A stretch of 64,000 nt of DNA from a virus: the IMG/VR virus record IMGVR_UViG_3300045118_000377, positions 1 to 64,000 of that record; one strand, written 5' to 3'. The translations under genes were made by a program, and so were the position numbers. The notes under the pieces are model-generated. The model made no database searches and was not told the DNA's origin. It saw only the letters and a list, made by a program, of their open reading frames with translations. This document shows positions 35,390 to 45,410 of the stretch, in pieces (the first letter of the stretch is position 1; the number at the start of each line of letters is the position of its first letter).

Positions 35390-35929
35390 ATGGCCGTACC
35401 TGCCACAGTCGGGACGGCGGTCCCTATCGCCATGATCCTGGAAGACGGGAACGAGTCTCAGTTCCCGCAGGCGGAGATCTACAACGGCGGCTCTTTCCCT
35501 CTCTCTGTGTTGAACCTCGTCCACAAGGGCCGTGGCAGGTACGAAGCAAACTGGACACCTCCGATCGCTGGTGTGTTCGCGGCCATCTTCATCGTGTACT
35601 CTGACTCGGCTCACACGATCGAGAACATCGTCTACACGCGGGAGATCGAGCAGATCTTCGCGACGGCCAGCAACGTGGACGACCTCGCGGCCAAGATCGC
35701 CAGGGTGCTGGGGTTGCTGCATGAGAACTCCTACATCGACAACACGACCTTTGACGCTTTCGGGCAGCTGCTGACCTGCCGCATTCGGCTGTTCGACTCC
35801 AAGGCGCACGTGGAGCTCGCCACCGATGGTGGAACCGAGACCCTCGGTCTGATCGCCACCTACTCTATGGAAGCCGACTACGAGGCGGCTGGCCGGCTGA
35901 AGACCTACCGGTACAAGAGGGTCGGATGA
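35390..35929 (+). CDS. Putative virion protein
   Basis: Ig-like GRYEANWTPPIAGVF segment. Confidence 0.6.
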   Translation: MAVPATVGTAVPIAMILEDGNESQFPQAEIYNGGSFPLSVLNLVHKGRGRYEANWTPPIAGVFAAIFIVYSDSAHTIENIVYTREIEQIFATASNVDDLAAKIARVLGLLHENSYIDNTTFDAFGQLLTCRIRLFDSKAHVELATDGGTETLGLIATYSMEADYEAAGRLKTYRYKRVG

Positions 35930-36225
35930 GCCTCTGCGCGACAGCTCTCGTGACCAGGGGCTACATCTGTTGCGACATCACGCAGAACCAGATGGTCTCG
36001 TGTGACAAGCCCGAGTTCGTCGGCTTCGTGGAGGTCCGGCCCAAGATCAGGTGGGTGGAGGGACAGCAGCCTCCCAGTACACCCGTGCCCTCGATGACCA
36101 GCGCCCAGGAGCTGCGGCCGCGGATGGTCGGCAAGGCGGACCCAGCGCCTACCACTGTCTCTGGGCCCAAGCAGGTGTCGGCTCAGGAGCTGAAGCCCAA
36201 GATCGTCAAGGCCGAGGAGGAGTAG
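35926..36225 (+). CDS. Hypothetical protein with short SAQELxP repeats
   Basis: EVRPKI, SAQELRPRM, SAQELKPKI. Confidence 0.6.
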   Translation: MSLCATALVTRGYICCDITQNQMVSCDKPEFVGFVEVRPKIRWVEGQQPPSTPVPSMTSAQELRPRMVGKADPAPTTVSGPKQVSAQELKPKIVKAEEE

Positions 36226-36226
36226 C

Positions 36227-37177
36227 GTGGCCACCATCAAGATCAAGATCTACGTCTCCGAGCTGGCCAACGTCATGACGTTGTACGACAAGATCTCCGT
36301 GCAACGATCGACGACCGCTCCTCCGTCCACTACCGAGGACGACCTCACAGCCAACTCATCGGCACCAGCGACTCTCGTCGGCTCGCTCGAGGGACCGTAC
36401 CTCCTCAACGGCAAGACCCTGACGTTCAAGGTCAACGGCACGCAGGTCTCCGTGACCTTCACGTACGCCGACCCGGTCGCGATCACCCAGGTCGTGGATG
36501 CCGTGAACGCGGCGCTCGCGGCCGCGGGCCTGGGTGCGACAGCCGATGCCTACGGCGGCAAGCTGCGGATCAGGACCACTTCCAACGGCACGCAGTTCAC
36601 GTTGGAGATCATTAGCGGTTCTGCTGTCACGGTTCTGGGGTTCACTGCCGGGCAGAAGGCGCACGGCCTCGCCGCTCACATCACGCTGGTCGTTGGCACG
36701 ACCCAGTATGAGTTCGACGACGGCAGCGGGCTGGCCTCCTACTACTACCGATCTCGCTTCTTCAACACCGCCAATGGTACCTACAGCGCGTGGAGCGACT
36801 GGATCCAGGGAACGACTGGAGCCGCCATCCCGTCGGCCGATCTCATCATCGGAAAGGTCAAGCTGGCCGATCTGGATGGGAAGGCACTTCCGAACCGTGT
36901 GATCACCATCGGCAACGCCATGGAGCCCAGCAAGGCGGATGGGTACGGGATCTTCGGGGCGGCGATCACGCTGGAGACTGACGGCACGGGGCAGGCTGAG
37001 ACAACGCTTGTGAAGGGATCGCTGGTGGATGTAATCTTCAATGGTACTTCCATCGTCCGGCGAATCCGGGTGCCGTCATCGGGGACTGAGTTCGACCTCC
37101 TGGACGACTCGCTGGTAGTGGGAGACGAGTTCGAAATCCAGGTGCCGGACATCCCCTATGCCCCTCGGAGATCGTAA
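36227..37177 (+). CDS. Virion structural protein
   Basis: Carries the LNGKTLTF...VVDAVNAAL...LRI...LGF module also found in the baseplate proteins. Confidence 0.6.
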   Translation: MATIKIKIYVSELANVMTLYDKISVQRSTTAPPSTTEDDLTANSSAPATLVGSLEGPYLLNGKTLTFKVNGTQVSVTFTYADPVAITQVVDAVNAALAAAGLGATADAYGGKLRIRTTSNGTQFTLEIISGSAVTVLGFTAGQKAHGLAAHITLVVGTTQYEFDDGSGLASYYYRSRFFNTANGTYSAWSDWIQGTTGAAIPSADLIIGKVKLADLDGKALPNRVITIGNAMEPSKADGYGIFGAAITLETDGTGQAETTLVKGSLVDVIFNGTSIVRRIRVPSSGTEFDLLDDSLVVGDEFEIQVPDIPYAPRRS

Positions 37178-39809
37178 GACAGGGCGGTTGCTTCCAGCCA
37201 AGGGCGAATTCGCTCCAGGCATTCCGAAATCAAGAACGATCAGACCTCTGCCGCCGGTGCCGCGCGGCCAGCCCCAGCAGTGGGAGCTCGCCACTCAGCT
37301 CCACCACGCAGAGAAGGCCGGTCCGCACACCGACCTCCGCCTGGTAGATCCCGAAGGCCACGCCCACAGCTGGGTGCTGCCCGACACCGGCCTCCCAAAA
37401 CCGGGTGAAAAATTCTACCTCCCGCAGGTCGAGACCCACACGCGGGAGTACGCCGCGCGCAAGGGCGAGTTCGAGCTGCCGGCTGGCTATGGCAAAGGGA
37501 CCGTGACCGGCTCGGGCCTGCGCCCGGTAGACGTCCATTACAGTGAGCCTGGAAAGCTCCGTTTCAGCCTGTTGGAAGGCAAAAACCCTCAAGATTACAT
37601 ACTGGTACGGTCACCCAAGGGGTGGGTTATCCACAACTTTTCACCGACAGCGGAAGCGGGTGTGCGTGGATCGAAGGGTTTCGCCATCCCGCAGGCGAAG
37701 CCAGCGTACAAGGAAAAGCCAACAACTTCGGTGGAGTTCGACGACCCGAGGGTGATCCATCAGGCCAAGATCGACGGCGCGCACGTGACCGTCCACATCC
37801 CGAACAAGGACAGCCAGGTCCGGGTGTTCTCCTACCGCCCGACCGAGGCTGGGACCGGGGTCATCGAGCATACCCACAAGTTGCCCTCGTACCACACGCT
37901 GCGTGCCCCTGGGAGCCTCGCTGGCACCGTTCTCCGCGGTGAGGCATGGGCGGCAGGCCCGGACGGCAAGGCGCTGCCAGCGGAGCGTATAGGCGGCCTC
38001 CTGAACGCGGGCGTGGCCCGTTCCAGAGAGCTCCAGCAGGAGCATGGCCCCCTACGCCTGTCGGTCTTTGACGTGGTGCGGCACAAGGGCAAGCTCATGG
38101 AGAACGCCCCCTACGCCGAGAAGCTCGAGGTGCTCCGGCAGGTGGCGAAGGAGATGCCCCAGCTCGAGCTCCCGCCCACGGCCGAGACGCCGGAGGAGAA
38201 GCTCAAGCTCTTCACTCGCATCCAGGAAGGGAAGGAGCCGGTCACCCGAGAGGGGATCGTGGCCTGGCATCTGGACCGGCCACTGCCAACCAAGATCAAG
38301 TTCCGACCTGATGTTGATGCCGAGGTCGTGGGAGTGTTTCCAGGTAAGGGGAAGCACGAAGGACGAGCCGGTGGGCTGGTGGTGAAGCTGCCGGGGTCCG
38401 AGGCTACCACGAGAGTTGGAACTGGCTTCTCCGATCAGATGCGCAAGGAGCTGTGGGAGAGACAGCACGAGATCGTGGGGCGCGTGGCGCGTGTGGCGAC
38501 TCAGCAGGTGTTCCCGAGCGGCAAGATGCGGGCACCGGCGTTCAAGGACTTCCACACGGAGAAGGGCAAGATCGCTTCGGGCAGGCACAGAGTCGAACAT
38601 CTCACTACGGATGAAGAGAAGCTGGAAGCTGCTAAGTTGCAAGAAGGGATCGGTTTCGGACTTGGCCCGATCAAGCCATTGCATCCCAAGTGGGAGTATT
38701 ACGGCATTCGTAGTGACGACAACAAGCTGGTTGCTGTGAGCCGAGTCAACAAAGAGCCGTTGAAGGAGTGGGAAGGTTCAAAGGACTACGAGCAGATCGC
38801 TCGGCACAGGCCGGATGTATCTATCTCGGCCACTACCGTCCACCCGGAACATCGCAGGAAGGGCATGGCAAAAGCTCTCCGAGCTCACGTCCAGGATCGA
38901 TACAACACGATCATATCTGGTACCGGGGCAGAGTCAGACCTACCAGCTATGTCTAGGATCTTGGAGCAACAGGGGTTCGAGCCTATTTGGCACCGTGGGG
39001 CGAACACGCAGTACGTGTGGAAGAAGCAGGCAATGCTCGAGGCCCTAAAGGATGAACTGAACAAGGTCGCGGCTCCTGATATCAGCCCCGCGCAAGAAGT
39101 GGTTCCAGACCCTGCTCAAGATCGCCCATCGCTTGTTGGCGGCATCGCTGCGACTGGCGGCGGCACGTTGCTGGCGGCCGATATGAGAAAGCGGTTGCTT
39201 GGCGAGAAAGTAATCTACCACGGCACACATTCGGATGAAGCCGCAAAAGGGATCATGGAGCATGGGCTCCAACCTTCGTACGGTGGCACGGGGGCAGCGA
39301 AGCTGACGCCAAACTATGTAGCGCGTAGCAAAGGAAAGGTGCACGTCACGGGCGTTAAGCCTGTTGCGATGATGTTCCGATCGTTCGACCCAGAGACCTA
39401 TCGTCGTGAGGGTTACGATATCGGACACCTCGTGCGCGGGAACTTGCCTGGGGCACCAGGCACGGTGGTCAAAGCGCGCATCCCGATGTCCCTTTGGGAC
39501 AAGTTAGAGATCGATCCAGACATGCTGGGACATACCCCGCAGAACGAACTTCAAGAGGCCATGATCAAGGAGATCGGAGCTCGTGGGGCGCACCCCATCG
39601 AGTCGAAGTACATCAGTGGGGGCCGTGGCAGTATCAGTCGAATCCCCGAAAAGATCGTGGAACTCGGGAGGGAGTTGCCTGGCTATGTCAAGAGACACCC
39701 TCTGCGTTTCGGGGTTGGAGCGCTTGGAACAGCCGGGGGTCTCTATCTTGCCGGCAGGGGAATAGGATCTCTGCGTAGAAGATTCTCCACGCCTACTGAG
39801 GAAGGATAG
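37158..39809 (+). CDS. Polyprotein: LigD-type 3'-phosphoesterase + ATP-dependent DNA ligase + GNAT + ADP-ribosyltransferase-like domain
   Basis: PE: QLHHA..GPHTDLRL..HSWVLP..ETH..GYG. Ligase: KIDG, LRGE, VFD, EGIV, KFR, and OB-fold VGTGFSD. GNAT: VHPEHRRKGMA. ART-like: IYHGT...IMEHGLQP. C-terminal Gly-rich hydrophobic helix. Confidence 0.75.
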   Translation: MPLGDRKTGRLLPAKGEFAPGIPKSRTIRPLPPVPRGQPQQWELATQLHHAEKAGPHTDLRLVDPEGHAHSWVLPDTGLPKPGEKFYLPQVETHTREYAARKGEFELPAGYGKGTVTGSGLRPVDVHYSEPGKLRFSLLEGKNPQDYILVRSPKGWVIHNFSPTAEAGVRGSKGFAIPQAKPAYKEKPTTSVEFDDPRVIHQAKIDGAHVTVHIPNKDSQVRVFSYRPTEAGTGVIEHTHKLPSYHTLRAPGSLAGTVLRGEAWAAGPDGKALPAERIGGLLNAGVARSRELQQEHGPLRLSVFDVVRHKGKLMENAPYAEKLEVLRQVAKEMPQLELPPTAETPEEKLKLFTRIQEGKEPVTREGIVAWHLDRPLPTKIKFRPDVDAEVVGVFPGKGKHEGRAGGLVVKLPGSEATTRVGTGFSDQMRKELWERQHEIVGRVARVATQQVFPSGKMRAPAFKDFHTEKGKIASGRHRVEHLTTDEEKLEAAKLQEGIGFGLGPIKPLHPKWEYYGIRSDDNKLVAVSRVNKEPLKEWEGSKDYEQIARHRPDVSISATTVHPEHRRKGMAKALRAHVQDRYNTIISGTGAESDLPAMSRILEQQGFEPIWHRGANTQYVWKKQAMLEALKDELNKVAAPDISPAQEVVPDPAQDRPSLVGGIAATGGGTLLAADMRKRLLGEKVIYHGTHSDEAAKGIMEHGLQPSYGGTGAAKLTPNYVARSKGKVHVTGVKPVAMMFRSFDPETYRREGYDIGHLVRGNLPGAPGTVVKARIPMSLWDKLEIDPDMLGHTPQNELQEAMIKEIGARGAHPIESKYISGGRGSISRIPEKIVELGRELPGYVKRHPLRFGVGALGTAGGLYLAGRGIGSLRRRFSTPTEEG

Positions 39810-39813
39810 GCTA

Positions 39814-40743
39814 ATGGCCGTCACTGTCAGAGTGTTCGTGGTCGACGAGCAGATTCCAACCCCGTCCCCGATCGAGAACGTGCTGGTGCGGGTGTTCGAT
39901 TCCACAGGTGTGGTCTTCATCACGCAAGATCTGACGGACGCGAACGGCATCGCGGACTTCACGCTTGATGGGGACGACCCGCCGGTCGACTACCAGGTCC
40001 GGCTCTCGAAGACCGGTGTCGCCTTCGACGGACTGCTGGGAGACGACAGCAAGAGCCCACAGCTCATTTCCGTCTACGATCCTCCCGGCTCCGCTCCATC
40101 TGGTACCAACGACTTCCAGGTCAAGGGGCAGACCTACCATCGGCCGGCCGCGACCAACCCTCGCCTGTGCCGTGCCAGCGGGTTCTTCAAACGCGGTGAT
40201 GGGCAGCCGTATCCTTGGCTTGACCTCATGTTCGTTCCCACGTTCAAGCCCACGATCGTGGATGGTGATGGTGTGATCGCCAGCACAGTCACCGGTCGTA
40301 CGGATGCCGACGGCTACTTCGAGATCGATCTCTACCGAAACGGTATCTACCACGTCACGATGGAGGGGCTGGAAGACGTACCGCGTGAGGTGGTCGTGCC
40401 GGACTTGTCGTCGATCAACATCATCGACCTGCTCTTCCCGGTGGTGGCCAAGGTCGAATTCGACGTCCCGTCCGTCAGCCTGGCCGTCGGCGAGTTCGCG
40501 GAAGTCTTCCCAACGATCACGGCGTCTGACGGGCACGTCCTGGAAGGGGCAGCGGTAGCTGACGTCCTCTACGCCATCGCAGACACGGTCGTGGCCAGCG
40601 TGCAGGCGAAGACCGACAGACTCGTCATCCAGGGAGCAGCGGCGGGCTCGACAGAGCTGAACGTCGAGCGCGCTGACACGTCAATCGTGCTGATCCCCGA
40701 CACGGGCATCACCTACACGCCACTCCCTATCACCGTTTCATGA
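39814..40743 (+). CDS. Virion protein with prealbumin/Ig-like domains
   Basis: TDANGIADFTL and TDADGYFEIDL motifs; C-terminal Ig-like segment. Confidence 0.6.
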   Translation: MAVTVRVFVVDEQIPTPSPIENVLVRVFDSTGVVFITQDLTDANGIADFTLDGDDPPVDYQVRLSKTGVAFDGLLGDDSKSPQLISVYDPPGSAPSGTNDFQVKGQTYHRPAATNPRLCRASGFFKRGDGQPYPWLDLMFVPTFKPTIVDGDGVIASTVTGRTDADGYFEIDLYRNGIYHVTMEGLEDVPREVVVPDLSSINIIDLLFPVVAKVEFDVPSVSLAVGEFAEVFPTITASDGHVLEGAAVADVLYAIADTVVASVQAKTDRLVIQGAAAGSTELNVERADTSIVLIPDTGITYTPLPITVS

Positions 40744-41066
40744 TCGCTGTGGCCCCTATCCTCCTGGACCTCGAGCCGGACGAGGGATTCCGTCCGTGCA
40801 CTCAGGATGGAGAAGGGGAGCGTCTGCTGCTGGCGTCTATCATCAGGAGGGCGGCGTTCGACATCGTGCTCTATCGCAACGCCCCGCGCCTGGTAGATCG
40901 CCTGGTTGGTGTCGGTGCGTACATGTGGATGTTCAAATCGGAGCACAATCACTTCACGTCGTTCTTGAACATCTGCGAGCTGTTGAACCAAGACCCGGAA
41001 TGGATCCGAGAGGAGACGTTGAAGCTCAAGAAGTCCGACGTCAAGAAGTATGATAGGATCCGTTGA
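40740..41066 (+). CDS. Hypothetical phage protein (108 aa)
   Basis: ERLLLASIIRRAAFD...SFLNICELLNQDPEWIR; ATGA overlap. Confidence 0.65.
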   Translation: MIAVAPILLDLEPDEGFRPCTQDGEGERLLLASIIRRAAFDIVLYRNAPRLVDRLVGVGAYMWMFKSEHNHFTSFLNICELLNQDPEWIREETLKLKKSDVKKYDRIR

Positions 41067-41079
41067 GAATCGAGGAAAC

Positions 41080-41526
41080 GTGAAGAAACGCTGCACACAC
41101 TGTGAGAAGAAGAAACTGTTGGATCAATATCATAATGATCATAACAGTGCCGATGGCAAGAGGAGTGTGTGCAGGGAGTGTGTTAATGAGTACCAGAGAT
41201 CGCATTACGCAGCGGGTACTCCATCTGCTAAGAAAAAGAATGCGTACCGGAGAGAGTGGCGTGTGCGCATGCGCAAAGAAGTATTGCGACATTACGAAAA
41301 TGCTTGCGCCTGTTGCGGAGAAGATCGATATGAGTTCTTAGCTATCGATCACATTAAGAAGGGGGGAAATAGGCATCGCAAGGAGGTAAAAACAACACAC
41401 CTGGACTACTGGCTGTGGATGAACGACTTCCCTCCGGGATTCCGGATCCTCTGCCACAACTGTAATTCGGCTATCGGATTCTACGGATACTGCCCCCACG
41501 AACGAGAACGTGGATCTCACAACTGA
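41080..41526 (+). CDS. HNH endonuclease with N-terminal Zn finger
   Basis: KRCTHC...SVCREC, CACCG...LAIDHI...RILCHNCN. AT-rich insert. Confidence 0.8.
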   Translation: MKKRCTHCEKKKLLDQYHNDHNSADGKRSVCRECVNEYQRSHYAAGTPSAKKKNAYRREWRVRMRKEVLRHYENACACCGEDRYEFLAIDHIKKGGNRHRKEVKTTHLDYWLWMNDFPPGFRILCHNCNSAIGFYGYCPHERERGSHN

Positions 41527-41537
41527 GTGGTGCGAAG

Positions 41538-44378
41538 ATGGCGAACTTCACGCAAGAAGAGATCGATGCCGCGGTCAAGAAGTTCATCCGTACGGACGTT
41601 CGCACTACCAGGGATCCACTCGGACCAAGGGACGCAGACCAGGTCTTTGCGGAGGTCATAGAGTTCGTCTCCAGCGGGCTGGTCTTCGACACGAACTCCA
41701 TCTTCTACCTCATCTACCTGGCCAAGAACCGGGTCAATCAGGACCTGAACTCTGCGCTGTCCGTGTTGGAAGACCTGGAGCAGGCCATCAATGAGGTAGG
41801 ACGGTACACCACGAAGGTCACCCGTACGTCGCTGCTGTCGGATGCGGCTTCCGCGCTTCTGGAAGCGGACAGGCTGATCTCGCAGAAGAAGACCATTGCC
41901 TCTCCGCAGTTCGCGCGCTACGAGAACGCGCTTGATCAATTCGTAGAAGCCTCGCTCGCACCCAACATCAGGAACCTCGTGGGGTCCTACCCAGAGACCT
42001 ATGAAGTCGTGCGGCCTCCGCAGGCGGCACAGACTGCCATCAAGTCCGACATCATCTCCTTGCGTAGCTACCACACGACAATCCTCGCGGAGGCCGAGCA
42101 GCTGTCCGTGGCGCTCACCGAGTTCCTGGCCCAGAACCTGCCGATCCTGGCCATCCAGAACTCGGTGAAGAAGGTACAAACGGACCTGAAGTCGTTGCAG
42201 AAGGAGTTCGATGGCAGCACTGAGGCCGAAGCCATCGAGATGACCAGAGATGCGTACCTACGCATCACGGCCGGTAGGTCTGTGATCACCAATCTCGTTA
42301 CCATGCGTGACCCGACGACATATCGCATGCGGGGCTCGGACTCGACTGCCGATCGTGCGCAGGCCGCTGTTGGGTCATCCAACACACCGGGGCAGGTGAC
42401 GACGAGCAAGAGCGCGCCCTACAAGGTCGTCCCTGGATCAAGCGATCAACTGAGCCTGAAACTTGACGGGACGACTATCGTTCCCATCACACTGGTCCCT
42501 CCGGACCCCGCGAAGATCGCTGGATCGAACTCGGACCAGTCCTCATTTCAGATCACGGAATCGACTCGTGCGAAGCTCACAAGTTCGTTGGTCGATCCCT
42601 ATATCGTGCCGGCTGGTCCGGGGAATGTGTTCGACGTCTACGTCGATGGTGTGGGATACCGAGTGACCCTGACTTCTGGGAGTCGTACAGCTGCTGAGGT
42701 AGCAGCCGAAGTGATGACGGCGACCAGGATTGACGGGTCACCTGGGGTGTTCTCGGACGTGGCTGAAGCTACCTTTGTTGCCAAGACCCTTGGCATCCAG
42801 CGGAACAGCTACGGCCAAGGGTCGATCGTAATAGGCAGCCAGTCGGTCAACTCAGCCCTTGGCTTCACCGACAACCAGACTGCTTCAGGTACGACCGCCA
42901 ACAACATCCTTCGCCTGATGGTGGACGACGAGCTCGAGGTCTTGGCGACCCTGACTGCGGGCAGCAGGACAGCCGCGCAGGTGGCGTCCGACATCACGGC
43001 CGCTGCTTCAACGCGCATCTTGGGCGGGACCGTGACGTTGGGCACTGCTGATGGCGTGACGATCTCGTCCAAGAAGTACGGAGCTCAGTCTAGGATTCAG
43101 GTGAAGCCAGACAGCGACGTGCATCGAGCAGCAATGACGGTGCTGGGGTTCATCGAGGGCCAGAGCGCGCACTCAACAGATCTCAGCCTGGAGAGTCTGT
43201 ACTCGACCTTGAACGCGGTCTCTGGCATCCAGCCAACTCGGTCCTCCACGCTCCTGGCTTCCGGCGTTGGTGGGGTGGCCACGCTTTCAGGATCGAACTA
43301 CATTCTCCAACTGCCGACTGGCTCTATCCCAAGCGGGTTCACGATCAATGACGTGCTCTTCATCAAGGCCGGCGAAAACGCTGGCTACTACCACGTGTCG
43401 TCCTTCACCAGCAGTCCGGCGGCCATCACCGTGGACAGGCCATTCGCTGCCGTCAGTGGTGACGCGGCGCAGAACCAGAGCTGGGAGCTGCGCAGAGATC
43501 TGATCACCATCGCCACCACTACGACCGACCTGACCTCTTCGTTGGAAGTGCAGAGTGGAACGGCGAACGGCGCGCTGGGCCTGACAACTGGCATCAATCG
43601 AGGTACGACGTCGGGGGTCAAGGTGATGGAGGCAGGCAAGGCGCTGAGCTTCTCTAGGAACAGTGTCGTTGCTGGTGATCTTCTCAACATCCCGTCCGCG
43701 AGCCAACGCACCATCACGGAGGTGTCGCAGAACGGGTATCAGATCGAAGTCACGCCGGAGGTGTCGAACAACCTGACCGGTCAGCTCTACTACATCGAAG
43801 GAGCGGCTCCGAAAGCCTACTCGATCTTCATCGCCGGCCTACTAGAGTGGCTGGCCGACATCGGAGCGTCCGTCTTCAAGTCCGACATCCTGGACCTCGA
43901 GCGAAAGCTCAACCCCTTGCTCTACAACATGCACCCCACGACCGGCATGGTGAATGACGCCATGAACTCGGTCCTGTCGCTGAAGGGGTTCTACACCGAC
44001 CTTCAGGCTGTGTTCGACGCCTACGTCGTGTTGAGGGTATCTCTTGTGGACAGCATGTTGGACATGCTCTTGCAGAAAGGGATGCGTCGCGGGCACGATC
44101 TCCTACTGCTCGGCCAGTTCGAGGACTTCTTCTCTGTCAATCGTGACACCGCCTCCTACGGCGGGAACATGATGGAGAAGATGCGGAAGGTGGTGCAGAA
44201 CGACGTCCCGGCAAGCCGCGGTCTGGACGGCGGGCAAGATGGCTCGCAACTGACAGCATCATTCGAGGACATCGACTACAATCGCGACTACTCGGACGGT
44301 GACGACGAGAAGGCGATCGCAGAAACCGACGACATCCCCGAGCCGGATGTGGACGATCAGATCTTGAGTGGTGTCTGA
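41538..44378 (+). CDS. Large virion/baseplate-associated protein (946 aa)
   Basis: Helical termini with repeated LTxGSRTAA..VA...LGF beta modules. Confidence 0.6.
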   Translation: MANFTQEEIDAAVKKFIRTDVRTTRDPLGPRDADQVFAEVIEFVSSGLVFDTNSIFYLIYLAKNRVNQDLNSALSVLEDLEQAINEVGRYTTKVTRTSLLSDAASALLEADRLISQKKTIASPQFARYENALDQFVEASLAPNIRNLVGSYPETYEVVRPPQAAQTAIKSDIISLRSYHTTILAEAEQLSVALTEFLAQNLPILAIQNSVKKVQTDLKSLQKEFDGSTEAEAIEMTRDAYLRITAGRSVITNLVTMRDPTTYRMRGSDSTADRAQAAVGSSNTPGQVTTSKSAPYKVVPGSSDQLSLKLDGTTIVPITLVPPDPAKIAGSNSDQSSFQITESTRAKLTSSLVDPYIVPAGPGNVFDVYVDGVGYRVTLTSGSRTAAEVAAEVMTATRIDGSPGVFSDVAEATFVAKTLGIQRNSYGQGSIVIGSQSVNSALGFTDNQTASGTTANNILRLMVDDELEVLATLTAGSRTAAQVASDITAAASTRILGGTVTLGTADGVTISSKKYGAQSRIQVKPDSDVHRAAMTVLGFIEGQSAHSTDLSLESLYSTLNAVSGIQPTRSSTLLASGVGGVATLSGSNYILQLPTGSIPSGFTINDVLFIKAGENAGYYHVSSFTSSPAAITVDRPFAAVSGDAAQNQSWELRRDLITIATTTTDLTSSLEVQSGTANGALGLTTGINRGTTSGVKVMEAGKALSFSRNSVVAGDLLNIPSASQRTITEVSQNGYQIEVTPEVSNNLTGQLYYIEGAAPKAYSIFIAGLLEWLADIGASVFKSDILDLERKLNPLLYNMHPTTGMVNDAMNSVLSLKGFYTDLQAVFDAYVVLRVSLVDSMLDMLLQKGMRRGHDLLLLGQFEDFFSVNRDTASYGGNMMEKMRKVVQNDVPASRGLDGGQDGSQLTASFEDIDYNRDYSDGDDEKAIAETDDIPEPDVDDQILSGV

Positions 44379-44746
44379 TGCCGAAAGCGCCGCCAAAGCC
44401 AAACGCCCCACAGGTCACGAAGACCAAGCTCAGCTTGCAGCTTCGTGAGATCTTGGGCGCTGCGTACGCCTTTGTGCAGGGCCGACAGTTCACGGAGACC
44501 GTTTCAACCGTGACGTTGGAAGTCCTGATGAAGGATCAAATCGACGACATCAAGGGCACGCCGAAGGTACCTGGGAGGTTGAACAAAATCGCAGAGATCG
44601 ATAAGATCGTCACGGACACCACGAAAGCCGTGGAGGAAGTGAAGAAGGTGCCCCCAGAAACCTTCGCCGCGGCCGTGAAGGATGCTACGCAGAGCGAGTC
44701 CGCGAACGTCAACACGCCCGAGGACCCGGGAGAGGCTGAGGGATAG
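44378..44746 (+). CDS. Hypothetical protein
   Basis: TGATG coupling. Confidence 0.65.
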   Translation: MPKAPPKPNAPQVTKTKLSLQLREILGAAYAFVQGRQFTETVSTVTLEVLMKDQIDDIKGTPKVPGRLNKIAEIDKIVTDTTKAVEEVKKVPPETFAAAVKDATQSESANVNTPEDPGEAEG

Positions 44747-44747
44747 C

Positions 44748-45401
44748 ATGGCTGACATTCAGGTCACCTATCTTCGAGACATCGTGAACGTCCTCTCCGT
44801 GACGAATGTCGTGGGGTCAGATCCTAGAACTCTGGACGTGCGTGGACCGGACTTCAGCAGCGTCGTCAAGGTCGAGGTCAACGAGATTGAGGCACCCAGC
44901 TACGTGGTCATGAGCAAGACACGTCTGTTGGTCCAGGTGCCCGATTCCATGCAGAACGAGCTGATCAGGTCGGTCAACGTCCTCAGCAGCAGGATGACGG
45001 CCACCGACCGAAGCCAGGTGTACTTCGAGCTCACCGACCGACCCCAGAAGGTCACCGGCATCCAGAAGCTCGTCCAGACCTTCCTGCTCTTCCTCATGCG
45101 GACCCCGGGGTCTGATGCGTGGGCTCCAAACACTGGCGGCGGCGTCCAACGCCTGGTGGGTTCGAACTTCTCGAAGAACGCAACCGGAGGTATCACGGCG
45201 GCGTTCACGCTGGCAGTCAGCAGGGTGCGAACGCAGATCATCTCCAGGCAAGCCAGGGATTCGAGGCTGAACACGGACGAGAAGCTGGCCGCGGCCAATG
45301 TCCTCAGTGCGATCTTCAGCGCGCAGCAGACGGCGCTGCTGGCTCGTGTGGAGCTCATCTCCCAGTCCGGCAAACGTGCTATCGTCGGCGTCAACTTGTA
45401 G
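44748..45401 (+). CDS. Baseplate wedge gp25/W-like protein with N-terminal IPT-like domain
   Basis: VTGIQKLVQTFLLFLMRTPGSDAWAPNTGG resembles the gp25 L.T..Ge....P..G motif; precedes the J-like gene. Confidence 0.65.
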   Translation: MADIQVTYLRDIVNVLSVTNVVGSDPRTLDVRGPDFSSVVKVEVNEIEAPSYVVMSKTRLLVQVPDSMQNELIRSVNVLSSRMTATDRSQVYFELTDRPQKVTGIQKLVQTFLLFLMRTPGSDAWAPNTGGGVQRLVGSNFSKNATGGITAAFTLAVSRVRTQIISRQARDSRLNTDEKLAAANVLSAIFSAQQTALLARVELISQSGKRAIVGVNL

Positions 45402-45410
45402 GAGCGGCCA

